Assembly: GCA_046590325.1 (NCBI GenBank)
Contig: JBKJUC010000162.1
Span: forward strand, 21,768-85,767
From: Burkholderiales bacterium
Lineage (GTDB): Bacteria > Pseudomonadota > Gammaproteobacteria > Burkholderiales > JACQAP01
DNA: 64,000 nt
Reading direction: 5' to 3'
Translations under genes and position numbers: made by a program
Shown here: in pieces, positions 33,969 through 44,783 of the stretch
How the letters are laid out: each line of letters starts with the position of its first letter
How positions within the stretch are numbered: the first letter of the stretch is position 1
The notes under the pieces: model-generated
Databases searched by the model: none
Told to the model about the DNA's origin: nothing
The model's input: the letters and a program-made list of their open reading frames with translations, nothing else

Positions 33969-34715
33969 TCAACACTCAATCAGGTTTCCGGTTACGCCGC
34001 GCGAATCCTGCCCCATCAGGTAGAGATAGGCAGGCATCAGGCTCGCAGGCTGGCGCTGGGATGCGGCCACTTCACCCGGATGCGTTTTCGCGCGCGAAGG
34101 CGCTGCCACGGGCCCAGGAACGATGGCGTTCACCCGCAGATTGGGCGCATCCGACCACTCCGCCGCCTGAATTTTCATGAGCGCTTCCAGTCCGGCCTTA
34201 GACACGCCGTAGGCCCCCCAGAAAGCGGCGGGGGTATGGCCGTGCGTCTCCGAAGTGAAAATGACCGAAGCGTCGGCTGACGCGCGGAGCAGGCGGGTGC
34301 ACGCTTGGTTCAGTGCTGCCGGCGCTATCAGATTGACATGCAGCGTGCTCGTCCATTCGCCGATGGACAGGTGATCGAGCGCGGAGAGCTTCTCAAGATG
34401 GGCTGCATTGTGAAGGATGCCATCCAGCCGGCCGATGCGGGATTCGATCGCATAGGAGAGGGCGTCGTAGTCCCGTACCGTGGCGCTGAGCAGGTCCAGC
34501 GGAATGGCCGCAGGCTGGGCATGGCCGCTCGATTCGATTTCGTCGTACACCGATTCGAGCGCGGCTTGGTCGCGCCCGTGCAGAACCACCGTGGCGCCAT
34601 GCCTGGCGAATGTCAGCGCTGCAATGCGCCCGATCCCGCGCGAGGCACCGGTCACCAGTATCACGCGATCGCGCAGCAAGTCCGGCGGCGCCGGGTAGGT
34701 CCGTGGATCAGTCAT
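33969..34715 (-). CDS. yciK: SDR family oxidoreductase, YciK-like
   Basis: 248 aa. LLRDRVILVTGASRGIGR, LDGILHNA, YGVSK and LMPAYLYLMGQDSRG parallel E. coli YciK. The start overlaps the hpnE stop by 8 nt. Confidence 0.78.
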   Translation of the reverse strand: MTDPRTYPAPPDLLRDRVILVTGASRGIGRIAALTFARHGATVVLHGRDQAALESVYDEIESSGHAQPAAIPLDLLSATVRDYDALSYAIESRIGRLDGILHNAAHLEKLSALDHLSIGEWTSTLHVNLIAPAALNQACTRLLRASADASVIFTSETHGHTPAAFWGAYGVSKAGLEALMKIQAAEWSDAPNLRVNAIVPGPVAAPSRAKTHPGEVAASQRQPASLMPAYLYLMGQDSRGVTGNLIEC

Positions 34716-36084
34716 TTTTCATTGCCAGATGCGCCGCCCGCACGCCGCTGCGCACGGCGGCTTCGAGGGTCGCGGGATAGTTGGAGGCCGTGTAGTCGCC
34801 GGCAAGAAAAAGCCCGGGGACGAGCGTCGCGTTGTCCGGACGCGTCAGTCCGGGAGTGCAGGCAAAGGTCGCGCGTTTCTCGGCGATGACGCGGTGCCAT
34901 AGGGGTGGCTGCAATCCCGGGATCACGGCACGCAGTTCTCCATGCACCTTCAGCGCCAGTTCGTTCTGGGGCAAGTCCCGATGTGCGCCGGCAGCGGAAA
35001 TCACCACGCCGATCAAACCATCTTGCCCGCAGAGCCGGCCGCGGTCGAACAGCCATTGCGAGTAAATCGCATCGAGCCCACCCATTCTGAAGGGCAGGCG
35101 GGTGCCTCTCGGGTACTGCAGGTATACCGAGTAGATCGGCTGATAGGAGAACGCCTCGATCATGACTCGTATCCGGTCCAGCCGGGCTTGCGTGGCGATC
35201 AGCGCGCCGAGCCGATGGGGTGAAACCGCCAGGATCACCCGATCAAAGTGCCCGCCGTCGGGACGGAGTTCAAACCCCTTTTCGGTGGGCTGCACGCCTT
35301 CGATTGTCGAGCTTAGCCTGACATCGCCGTTCTTCCTTCCGAGATAACGGGCGGCGCGTTCGGGAAACAGCGCAGAGAAATCCACAGCAGGCAGCAGCAG
35401 GTCGCTGTCTGAGCGCTGTCCGTCGAGGCTGTCGCGCAGGACGTTGAGGAATACCTGGGCGGAGGCTTCTTCGGGCCGGGTGTTGAGCGCGGATACGCAA
35501 AGCGGATTCCAGAGCAACCGCGAAACCCGCTCCGGCTGCCCGAAAGAAGCCAGCAGAGCCGATACGTTGGTGTCGGCGTGCAGTCGGAAGCGCTTCCTGC
35601 GCATCGTCAGCATGAAGCGGGCGGCGCGCAACTTTTCGCCCAGGTTCAAACCGCGCGCGGCGAGCAGCGCCACTCCCAGATGCAGCGGCGCAGGAAGTCC
35701 CGGCACCCGCAACATGAATTCGGGATACATCGACAGTTCCAACGGCATGCGGATCAGGCCGCGGCTTTCGCCGCCTTCACGGGTCAGGTCGATGAGCCGT
35801 AACGTCTCCGAGTAGGCGCCGATCAGGATGTGCAGGCCGTTGTCCAGCGCGATACCGTCGACCTCGACGCGCCGCGCACGGCCGCCCAGAATTTTGCCCG
35901 CTTCGAACACCGTCACTGCTGCGCCGTGATTCGCCAGTTCCACGGCGGCTGCCATGCCGGCGTAGCCGCCGCCAACAATGGCAACGCGCGGGTGCGCGTT
36001 GACGGGTAAAGTGGGACGGGTGACCGTTGACAAGCCCGATCTCGTCACGATCGGCGCTTTTGTTGTTGTCTCGTCACTTGCCAC
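34708..36084 (-). CDS. hpnE: hydroxysqualene dehydroxylase HpnE (FAD-dependent desaturase)
   Basis: 458 aa. FAD fold VAIVGGGYAGMAAAVELA, amine-oxidase-like C-terminus LFLAGDYT. Positioned after hpnC-hpnD. Confidence 0.8.
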   Translation of the reverse strand: MASDETTTKAPIVTRSGLSTVTRPTLPVNAHPRVAIVGGGYAGMAAAVELANHGAAVTVFEAGKILGGRARRVEVDGIALDNGLHILIGAYSETLRLIDLTREGGESRGLIRMPLELSMYPEFMLRVPGLPAPLHLGVALLAARGLNLGEKLRAARFMLTMRRKRFRLHADTNVSALLASFGQPERVSRLLWNPLCVSALNTRPEEASAQVFLNVLRDSLDGQRSDSDLLLPAVDFSALFPERAARYLGRKNGDVRLSSTIEGVQPTEKGFELRPDGGHFDRVILAVSPHRLGALIATQARLDRIRVMIEAFSYQPIYSVYLQYPRGTRLPFRMGGLDAIYSQWLFDRGRLCGQDGLIGVVISAAGAHRDLPQNELALKVHGELRAVIPGLQPPLWHRVIAEKRATFACTPGLTRPDNATLVPGLFLAGDYTASNYPATLEAAVRSGVRAAHLAMKND

Positions 36085-36095
36085 CTGTCACCGGC

Positions 36096-36935
36096 TTACG
36101 CAGTGAGCCACGTCCGCCATGCGATCCAGAGCTTGCGCAACGGGGTAAGCGACGTCCTCTGATTGAGAACCCGATTTCCGTCCGTCCGGATTTCCTGGAG
36201 CAACGTCCGATAGATGGCGGCCATGACCAGGCCGGGGCGTTGTGATTTGCGGTCAGTTGCGGGCAGGGCGGCAAAGGCGCGATTGTAGAAATCCTGGGCG
36301 CGGTCGATCTGGAACTCGATCAACTTACGGAACGCGTCGGTCTCCCGCAACTGCGCCACGTCGGCTGCGGAAAGACCGAATCGCGACAGTTCATCGAGCG
36401 GCAGGTAGACGCGATTGCGGCGCGCATCCTCGCCCACGTCGCGGATGATGTTGGTGAGCTGGAATGCCGTGCCCAGATTTTCCGCGTAAGTCAGGGTGGA
36501 CGGATCGCGGTAGCCGAAGATCGCGGCGGCCATCAGGCCGACGGCACCCGCTACGCGATAGCAGTAGGACTGCAGCGTCGGAAAATCGGGATAACGGTTG
36601 TAGCTCAGGTCCATTTCCATCCCGTCGATGATTTCCTCGAAATGACGGTGCGGCAGATCGAACCGTCTGACGACCGGGATCAACGCCTGGGCTACGGGAT
36701 GCTGGGCGGCCCCGGTGCCTTCGAAAACGCCGGCGATTTCCTTGCGCCACCACGCCAGCTTGGTGCGGGCCACGTCGGCGTCGCTGCATTCGTCGACGAC
36801 GTCGTCAACCTCACGGCAGAAAGCGTAGAGGGCGATGATCGCCCGTCGGCGCTCCGCCGGCAGGAACAAGAAGCTGTAGTAGAAGCTCGATCCGCTTTTG
36901 GCGGCTCTGTCCTGGCAATACTGATCGGGTGTCAT
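36096..36935 (-). CDS. hpnD: presqualene diphosphate synthase HpnD
   Basis: Start MTPDQYCQDRAAKSGSSFYYSFLFLP. Asp-rich motifs FCREVDDVVD and NIIRDVGEDA. ATGA overlap with the hpnC stop. Confidence 0.82.
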   Translation of the reverse strand: MTPDQYCQDRAAKSGSSFYYSFLFLPAERRRAIIALYAFCREVDDVVDECSDADVARTKLAWWRKEIAGVFEGTGAAQHPVAQALIPVVRRFDLPHRHFEEIIDGMEMDLSYNRYPDFPTLQSYCYRVAGAVGLMAAAIFGYRDPSTLTYAENLGTAFQLTNIIRDVGEDARRNRVYLPLDELSRFGLSAADVAQLRETDAFRKLIEFQIDRAQDFYNRAFAALPATDRKSQRPGLVMAAIYRTLLQEIRTDGNRVLNQRTSLTPLRKLWIAWRTWLTA

Positions 36936-37744
36936 TGGCGGGCAAGCGAGCGGCAGAACATCCAGATCCAGTCCACGGGGCCGAGTACCGGCCTGCTGCG
37001 GAAAACATCGCCCTCGCAGTGACTCAGCTTTTGCAGGATTCTGGAGCCGCCCGCGACGATCATGCGCAACTCCAGTCCAATGCGTCCCGGCAGGCGGTGG
37101 CCCAGCGGAGCGCCCGCCTGCATCATCGCCCGCGTTCTGTCGATCTGGAACAGCATCAGTGCCCGCCACGCTTCATTGGCTTCCCGGTTTGCGATTTGGG
37201 ACTCGGAAACGCCGTATTCTGCCATCTCGTCCTGCGGCAGATAGATGCGATTGTTGCGGAAGTCGATGTCCACATCCTGCCAGAAATTGATCAGTTGCAG
37301 GCTCGAACAGATGTCGTCCGCGCAGGCGAGGTTGCGAGATCCGGTCGCCCGGTACAGGTGCAGTAGCAGCCTGCCGACCGGGTTGGCGGAGCGCCGGCAA
37401 TAGTCCATCACCTCGCCGAAGTCCGCATATCTTGTCTTCACCACGTCCTGTGAGAAGGCCGAAAGCAGGTCACGAAACAGTCCGATCGGCAGGTCGTGCA
37501 ATTTGATGACAGGCGCCAGGTTCGCGAAAAGCGTCCGTTCGGGTGCGACGCCACGCTCGATACGGTCAAGTTCATCGCTGAATTCCTTCAGCCGCGCAAG
37601 CCTCTCGCTGGCCGGCACGTCACCCTCATCGGCGAAGTCATCCGCCTGGCGCGCAAATGCGTAGATCAATTCGACCGGACGGCGCAGTTCCCGGGGCAGC
37701 AGAACCGAAGCCACGGGAAAGTTCTCATAGTGATCGACCGCCAT
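36932..37744 (-). CDS. hpnC: squalene synthase HpnC
   Basis: 270 aa. MAVDHYENFPVASVLLP, FARQADDFADEG and INFWQDVDIDF are trans-isoprenyl diphosphate synthase head-to-head family motifs. Confidence 0.82.
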   Translation of the reverse strand: MAVDHYENFPVASVLLPRELRRPVELIYAFARQADDFADEGDVPASERLARLKEFSDELDRIERGVAPERTLFANLAPVIKLHDLPIGLFRDLLSAFSQDVVKTRYADFGEVMDYCRRSANPVGRLLLHLYRATGSRNLACADDICSSLQLINFWQDVDIDFRNNRIYLPQDEMAEYGVSESQIANREANEAWRALMLFQIDRTRAMMQAGAPLGHRLPGRIGLELRMIVAGGSRILQKLSHCEGDVFRSRPVLGPVDWIWMFCRSLARQ

Positions 37745-37849
37745 CGTTTTTGACGTTTTGTGACAGGGAGTTAGCCGGTGCAGGGGCAGGTGGACGACGG
37801 GTCAGTCGGGTGGCGGCGGCGGGGGGGATTATATTAGAATGCGTCCAGC

Positions 37850-37934
<85 letters not shown>

Positions 37935-37993
37935 GAGCGCCTGAATAACAGCGTTCTGGGCGTCCCGCCACGACAAAACTGGAAAAGAACTAG

Positions 37994-39298
37994 ATGCAAG
38001 CAAACCTGGAAAATCTCGGAACCCTCGAGCGCCGTCTCTCTGTGAGCCTGCCGCTCGATCAGGTCAATACGGAAATCGAATCCCGCCTGAAGCGACTGGC
38101 GCGCACCGTGAAGCTGCATGGCTTCCGGCCCGGCAAGGTGCCCCTCAAGATCGTGGAACAGCAGTTCGGTGGGCAAGTCCGCCAGGAGGTCCTCGGCGAC
38201 GCCGTGCAGCGGAGCTTCGGCGAAGCCGTCAGGGAGAAGCAGCTTCGTGTCGCGGGCTATCCGCAGATCGAAGTGAAACCCACGGAAGATGGCGCCAAGT
38301 TCGAGTACACCGCGACCTTCGAAATCTACCCGGAAATCGTGGTGGGATCGGTGGAAAACGCCAGGATTGACCGTCCCGTGGTCGAAATCGGCGATGCCGA
38401 GGTCGACAAGACCATCGAAATCCTGCGCAAGCAGCGGACCCACTTCCATGAAACGAAGCGGCCCGCTGCGAACGGCGACCAGGCGCGAATAGATTACCGA
38501 GGCAGCATCGACGGCACCGCCTTCGAGGGCGGCACTGCCGAAGATCAGTACGTCCAGCTCGGTGGCGGCCAGTTGCTGGCGGATTTCGAGAAAAACGTGG
38601 TCGGAATGCAAGCGGGCGAAAGCAAGACTTTCGATATGCGCTTCCCGGACGACTATCATGGCAAGGAAGTGGCTGGAAAGAACGCACGGTTTGAAGTGAC
38701 TCTGAAGGAAGTGCGGGAACCTCATGTCCCTGAGGTCGATGAGGACTTCGCCAGGAGCCTGGGTGTTAGTGACGGCGCAGTCGGCAAGATGCGAACGGAA
38801 ATCAAGGCCAACCTCGATCGCGAGGTCAAGCGTCGCGCCACGGCCCGGCTCAAGGATCAGGTGATGAAGTCGCTGCTCGATTCGACGACGGTGGAACTGC
38901 CCAAGGCGCTGGTCGACATGGAGGTCGAGCGCCTGATGCACCAGATGCGTCAGGATCTGGAGTCCCGCGGCATGAAAGCCGATCAGATTCCCATGCCGAA
39001 GGAGGCGTTCGAGCCGGAAGCGAAGCGCCGCGTAAGCCTGGGCCTGATCCTCGCGGAGCTCACCACTCTGCACAAGCTGGAGGCAAAACCCGAACAGATC
39101 AAGGCGGTTGTGAGCGAACATGCACAAAGCTACGAGAAACCGGAGGAGGTGATGCGCTGGTACTACCAGCAGCCCGAGCGCCTGCGGGAGATTGAATCCG
39201 TGGTTCTGGAAGACAACGTTGTGCAATGGGTGCTGGCGAAGGCCAAGGTGGACGACAAGCCGACACCCTTTGATGACCTGATGGGGAACGCGCAATGA
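37994..39298 (+). CDS. tig: trigger factor
   Basis: 434 aa. [24 protein letters not shown]..., with a GFRPGKVP motif and an FKBP-type middle domain. Confidence 0.93.
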   Translation: MQANLENLGTLERRLSVSLPLDQVNTEIESRLKRLARTVKLHGFRPGKVPLKIVEQQFGGQVRQEVLGDAVQRSFGEAVREKQLRVAGYPQIEVKPTEDGAKFEYTATFEIYPEIVVGSVENARIDRPVVEIGDAEVDKTIEILRKQRTHFHETKRPAANGDQARIDYRGSIDGTAFEGGTAEDQYVQLGGGQLLADFEKNVVGMQAGESKTFDMRFPDDYHGKEVAGKNARFEVTLKEVREPHVPEVDEDFARSLGVSDGAVGKMRTEIKANLDREVKRRATARLKDQVMKSLLDSTTVELPKALVDMEVERLMHQMRQDLESRGMKADQIPMPKEAFEPEAKRRVSLGLILAELTTLHKLEAKPEQIKAVVSEHAQSYEKPEEVMRWYYQQPERLREIESVVLEDNVVQWVLAKAKVDDKPTPFDDLMGNAQ

Positions 39299-39936
39299 TC
39301 ATGATGCAGGATCGGAATCACGAACCGCAGGGCCTTGGCCTCATCCCCATGGTCATTGAGCAAAGCGGTCGCGGCGAGAGGGCCTACGACATTTATTCAC
39401 GCCTGCTCAAGGAGCGGGTGGTGTTCCTGGTCGGACCGGTCAACGAGATGAGCGCCAATCTTGTCGTGGCGCAGTTGCTGTTCCTGGAATCGGAGAATCC
39501 CGAGAAGGATATTTCCTTCTACATCAATTCGCCCGGGGGATCGGTTTCCGCGGGACTGGCCATTTACGACACCATGCAGTTCATCAAGCCGGATGTCAGC
39601 ACCTTGTGCATTGGGCAGGCAGCCAGCATGGGGGCTTTCCTGCTCGCGGCGGGCAGCGAGGGCAAGCGTTTTGCGCTGCCGAATTCGCGCGTGATGATCC
39701 ACCAGCCGATGGGTGGTTTTCAGGGCCAGGCTTCGGACATCGAAATCCATGCCCGGGAGATCCTCTATCTGCGCCAGAAGCTGAACGAGCTGATGGCAAA
39801 GCATACGAAGCAGAAGGTGGAAACCATCGAGCGCGACACGGATCGCGACTATTTTTTCAGTGCCGAAGAGTCGGTAAAGTACGGCCTGGTGGATCGTGTG
39901 CTGTTGAGCCGGGCGGAGACGAGTGCGGCCGGCTGA
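39295..39936 (+). CDS. clpP: ATP-dependent Clp protease proteolytic subunit
   Basis: [29 protein letters not shown]. Catalytic Ser context [11 protein letters not shown] and His context MIHQP. The start is ambiguous among ATG 39295/39301/39304. Confidence 0.93.
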   Translation: MIMMQDRNHEPQGLGLIPMVIEQSGRGERAYDIYSRLLKERVVFLVGPVNEMSANLVVAQLLFLESENPEKDISFYINSPGGSVSAGLAIYDTMQFIKPDVSTLCIGQAASMGAFLLAAGSEGKRFALPNSRVMIHQPMGGFQGQASDIEIHAREILYLRQKLNELMAKHTKQKVETIERDTDRDYFFSAEESVKYGLVDRVLLSRAETSAAG

Positions 39937-40012
39937 CGGCAGCACGGGCCTGCGAAGTCGGTGTCAGCGGCGGCCGGGTGCGCTGCGTTGGTAGCTAATA
40001 CGAAAGGACGTT

Positions 40013-41278
<1,266 letters not shown>

Positions 41279-41376
41279 CGGGGCAGGGCCGGCTTGGGCT
41301 GCCGCTGGATTTCCGGTGAGGGGGAGGTCCGGTTGCGGCCACCTGTCGCGGAAATTGTAAGGGAATGGCCCGCTGC

Positions 41377-41405
41377 GTTGAAATGTGCGGGTGGCTCCCC
41401 AAACT
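41377..41405 (+). promoter_or_regulatory. candidate sigma32 (heat-shock) promoter for lon
   Basis: gTTGAAA (41377-41383), a 13-nt spacer, then CCCCAAAC (41397-41404). This resembles the CTTGAAA-N13-14-CCCCATNT consensus, about 35 nt upstream of the lon ATG. Confidence 0.5.
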
Positions 41406-41438
41406 TGGAAGCAATCTCGTCTCACTAGGTGCCAATTA

Positions 41439-43853
41439 ATGACTTATCCCGCTGATCCGGTCGAAAATGCTGTCGCTTACCCGCTTCTGCCATTGCGGGA
41501 CGTGGTGGTGTTCCCGCACATGGTGATACCGCTGTTCGTCGGCCGGCCCAAGTCCATCAAGGCGCTGGAAACCGCGATGGAATCCGGCAAAAGCATCCTT
41601 CTGGTAGCACAGAAATCGGCGGCGAAGGACGAACCCTCCCCCGAGGACCTCTACGACATCGGCAGTATCGCCAACATCCTGCAGATGCTGAAATTGCCGG
41701 ACGGCACCGTCAAAGTTCTGGTCGAAGGCGTGCAACGGGCGCGCGTTCTGTCGGTCAGTGACGAGAAAACGCACTATGCCGCCGAGGCTGTGCCGGTTGC
41801 GGCTGATACGGTGGAGTCCACCGAGGTCGAAGCCATGCGCCGGGCGATGCTCACGCAGTTCGACCAGTACGTGAAACTGAACAAGAAAATCCCCCCGGAG
41901 ATCCTGACGTCGTTGTCGGGAATCGATGAGCCGGGCCGCCTGGCGGATACCGTGGCAGCCCATCTGCCCCTGAAACTCGAGCAGAAGCAGGCCGTGCTGG
42001 AAATGTTCGAGGTGAAGAAACGCCTCGAGCACCTGTTGTCGCTGATGGAGGCCGAACTCGACATCCTCCAGGTCGAGCGGCGCATCCGCGGTCGGGTCAA
42101 GCGCCAGATGGAAAAAAGCCAGCGCGAGTATTACCTGAACGAACAGGTCAAGGCGATCCAGAAGGAATTGGGCGACATGGAAGAGGGCGCCGACCTGGAC
42201 GAGATGGAGAAACGCATCAAGACGGCGCATATGCCCAAGGAGGCGCGCACCAAGGCCGAGGCGGAACTCAAGAAACTGCGCCTGATGTCCCCCATGTCGG
42301 CAGAAGCGACCGTGGTGCGCAACTACATTGAGACGCTGGTTGGCCTGCCCTGGAAAAAGAAAAGCAAGATCAGCAATGACCTGACCAAGGCTCAGGAAAT
42401 CCTCGACGCGGACCACTACGGCCTGGACAAGGTCAAGGAGCGCATTGTCGAGTACCTCGCGGTGCAGCAACGGGTGGACAAGCTAAAGGCGCCGATCCTG
42501 TGCCTGGTCGGGCCGCCCGGCGTGGGCAAGACCTCGCTGGGTCAGTCGATCGCGCGCTCGACCAACCGGAAATTCGTGCGCATGTCGCTGGGTGGCGTGC
42601 GTGACGAAGCGGAAATCCGCGGGCACCGCCGCACCTACATCGGCTCCATGCCCGGCAAGCTGCTGCAGAACATGTCCAAGATCGGCGTGCGCAATCCGCT
42701 GTTCCTTCTCGACGAAGTGGACAAGATGGGTCAAGACTTCCGTGGCGACCCCGCCTCGGCATTGCTGGAAGTGCTGGATCCGGAGCAGAACGACAAGTTC
42801 GTCGACCATTACGTCGAGGTCGAGTATGACCTGTCCGATGTGATGTTCGTGGCCACTGCCAATACGATGAACATCCCCGCGCCTCTGCTGGACCGCATGG
42901 AGGTGATCCGCCTTTCCGGCTACACCGAGGACGAGAAGATCAATATCGCGATGCGCTACCTGGCGCCGAAGCAAATGAAGAACAACGGCGTGAAAGAAGG
43001 CGAACTCGCGATATCCGAGAGCGCGATCCGCGACATCGTGCGCTACTACACGCGCGAAGCCGGCGTCCGCAGCCTGGAGCGCGAAATCTCCAAGATCTGC
43101 CGCAAAGTGGTGAAGTCGCTGCTGGTGAAGAAGCGCGAGAGCAAGGTCATCGTTTCCGCCCGCAACCTCGACCACTATCTGGGTGTGCGCCGGTATACGT
43201 ACGGCCTGGCGGAGAAGAACAACCAGGTGGGACAGGTCACCGGGCTGGCATGGACGGAAGTCGGCGGTGAGCTGCTGACGATCGAAGCAGTGGTAATGCC
43301 CGGCAAGGGCAACATACAGCGCACCGGTTCGCTTGGCGACGTGATGAAGGAATCGGTTGAAGCGGCCCGCTCAGTCGTGCGTTCGCGGGCTGCGCGGCTT
43401 GGCGTGAGGGACGACGCGTTCGAGAAAAGCGACATCCATGTGCACGTTCCCGAGGGCGCGACGCCGAAGGATGGCCCATCCGCGGGGGCAGCGATGACGA
43501 CTGCACTCGTGTCGGCGCTGACCGGGATTCCGGTGCGGGCTGATGTGGCGATGACCGGTGAAATCACGTTGCGCGGCGAAGTCCTTGCGATCGGCGGCCT
43601 CAAAGAGAAATTGCTGGCCGCACATCGTGGCGGGATCAAAACGGTGTTGATCCCGGAAGAGAACGTCAAGGATCTCGCCGAAATTCCGGACAACGTCAAG
43701 AATCGGCTCGATATCCATCCAGTGAAGTGGATCGATGAAGTGCTGGAACTCGCACTCGAGCGCAAGCCGGAACCGCTGCCGGAGAAGACCGCGGCGGTTG
43801 CCGCCATTCCGGCGGTCGAACCAACGGAAACGGCGAGCGTGGTCAAGCACTAA
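41439..43853 (+). CDS. lon: endopeptidase La (Lon protease)
   Basis: Start [36 protein letters not shown]. Walker [10 protein letters not shown]. Catalytic Ser context [11 protein letters not shown]. Confidence 0.95.
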   Translation: MTYPADPVENAVAYPLLPLRDVVVFPHMVIPLFVGRPKSIKALETAMESGKSILLVAQKSAAKDEPSPEDLYDIGSIANILQMLKLPDGTVKVLVEGVQRARVLSVSDEKTHYAAEAVPVAADTVESTEVEAMRRAMLTQFDQYVKLNKKIPPEILTSLSGIDEPGRLADTVAAHLPLKLEQKQAVLEMFEVKKRLEHLLSLMEAELDILQVERRIRGRVKRQMEKSQREYYLNEQVKAIQKELGDMEEGADLDEMEKRIKTAHMPKEARTKAEAELKKLRLMSPMSAEATVVRNYIETLVGLPWKKKSKISNDLTKAQEILDADHYGLDKVKERIVEYLAVQQRVDKLKAPILCLVGPPGVGKTSLGQSIARSTNRKFVRMSLGGVRDEAEIRGHRRTYIGSMPGKLLQNMSKIGVRNPLFLLDEVDKMGQDFRGDPASALLEVLDPEQNDKFVDHYVEVEYDLSDVMFVATANTMNIPAPLLDRMEVIRLSGYTEDEKINIAMRYLAPKQMKNNGVKEGELAISESAIRDIVRYYTREAGVRSLEREISKICRKVVKSLLVKKRESKVIVSARNLDHYLGVRRYTYGLAEKNNQVGQVTGLAWTEVGGELLTIEAVVMPGKGNIQRTGSLGDVMKESVEAARSVVRSRAARLGVRDDAFEKSDIHVHVPEGATPKDGPSAGAAMTTALVSALTGIPVRADVAMTGEITLRGEVLAIGGLKEKLLAAHRGGIKTVLIPEENVKDLAEIPDNVKNRLDIHPVKWIDEVLELALERKPEPLPEKTAAVAAIPAVEPTETASVVKH

Positions 43854-43871
43854 AGTAGCGGAAGGCAAAAT

Positions 43872-43903
43872 AACGGGAATGCGGATGCATTCCCGTTTTT
43901 TTT
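43872..43903 (+). terminator. rho-independent terminator after lon
   Basis: Stem AACGGGAATGC/GCATTCCCGTT with a 4-nt loop, followed by an 8-T run. Confidence 0.85.
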
Positions 43904-43953
43904 GCCCGATGCATTCATGCGGTGTGCGGCCAGGCGAGCAGGCGGAAACGCGC

Positions 43954-43983
43954 TTGACACAAGGATTTTCAGCTTGTTATAAA
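43954..43983 (+). promoter_or_regulatory. candidate sigma70 promoter for hupB
   Basis: TTGACA (43954-43959), an 18-nt spacer, then TATAAA (43978-43983). It lies about 100 nt upstream of the hupB start. Confidence 0.5.
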
Positions 43984-44084
43984 GCGCGTGCGGGCATCAC
44001 TCATCCGACCATAAAAATTATTCTGTCTTCGCCCGCTGTCGAAAGCAGTTTCCAGTTCTAAATCAAAACTGAAAGGGGACATCA

Positions 44085-44357
44085 GTGAACAAGTTCGAAC
44101 TTATCGAGGCCGTTGCGAAGTCGGCCGACATATCCAAGGCGGCGGCCGGGCGCGCCCTGGATGGCGCGGTCGCTGCAATCCAGGCATCGCTGAAGAAGGG
44201 CGGCATGGTGACGCTGGTCGGTTTCGGTACCTTCTACGTCGGCAAGCGTGCTGCCCGCAGCGGACGCAATCCCCGCACCGGCGCAGCCATCAAGATCAAG
44301 GCAGCAAAAGTGCCGAAGTTTCGCGCTGGAAAAGCGCTAAAGGATGCGCTAAACTAG
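44085..44357 (+). CDS. hupB: nucleoid-associated DNA-binding protein HU-beta
   Basis: 90 aa. GTG start after the [34 protein letters not shown]...[21 protein letters not shown]. Confidence 0.92.
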   Translation: MNKFELIEAVAKSADISKAAAGRALDGAVAAIQASLKKGGMVTLVGFGTFYVGKRAARSGRNPRTGAAIKIKAAKVPKFRAGKALKDALN

Positions 44358-44453
44358 CGCGCTTCCGTAAGCCCGCTAGTTGTTCAGGTTTCTCAAGCTC
44401 TTACAGGCAAAGGACAGGCAGTCCCGCAGCAGACTTTACTGCGGCTGAATGCA

Positions 44454-44529
44454 GGGTGCTTAGCTCAGCTGGTAGAGCGTCGCCCTTACAAGGCGAATGT
44501 CGGGGGTTCGATCCCCTCAGCACCCACCA
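44454..44529 (+). tRNA. tRNA-Val (anticodon TAC)
   Basis: Acceptor GGGTGCT/AGCACCC. Anticodon stem TCGCC/GGCGA with loop CTTACAA. T-loop TTCGATC, encoded CCA. Confidence 0.9.
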
Positions 44530-44549
44530 GCGGAACTCACGTGGGATAA

Positions 44550-44626
44550 GGAGTGGTAGTTCAGTTGGTTAGAATACCGGCCTGTCACGCCGGGGGTCGC
44601 GGGTTCGAGTCCCGTCCACTCCGCCA
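44550..44626 (+). tRNA. tRNA-Asp (anticodon GTC)
   Basis: Acceptor GGAGTGG/CCACTCC. Anticodon stem CCGGC/GCCGG with loop CTGTCAC. T-loop TTCGAGT, encoded CCA. Confidence 0.9.
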
Positions 44627-44633
44627 GATCCAG

Positions 44634-44667
44634 AAAAGGCGAACGTAAAGTTCGCCTTTTTTATTTT
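44634..44667 (+). terminator. rho-independent terminator after the tRNA pair
   Basis: Stem AAAAGGCGAAC/GTTCGCCTTTT with loop GTAAA, followed by a T-rich tail. Confidence 0.85.
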
Positions 44668-44783
44668 CCACCCGGCCTTTCAATGTCGCCCGGAGGGGCC
44701 GCGCCGGCATGCCGGCGCGCGCATTTGCCCTTCCGATTAAGGCATACTCTGGGCTTTTCCCGCATCTGGAGATCCGTTGGACC

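Noticed and set aside
44454-44626. The tRNA-Val and tRNA-Asp pair considered as an integration hotspot for a genomic island.
   Set aside because: The flanking genes (hupB, ppiD) are the conserved housekeeping neighbours. No integrase, partial tRNA duplicate or compositional shift is visible next to the tRNAs.
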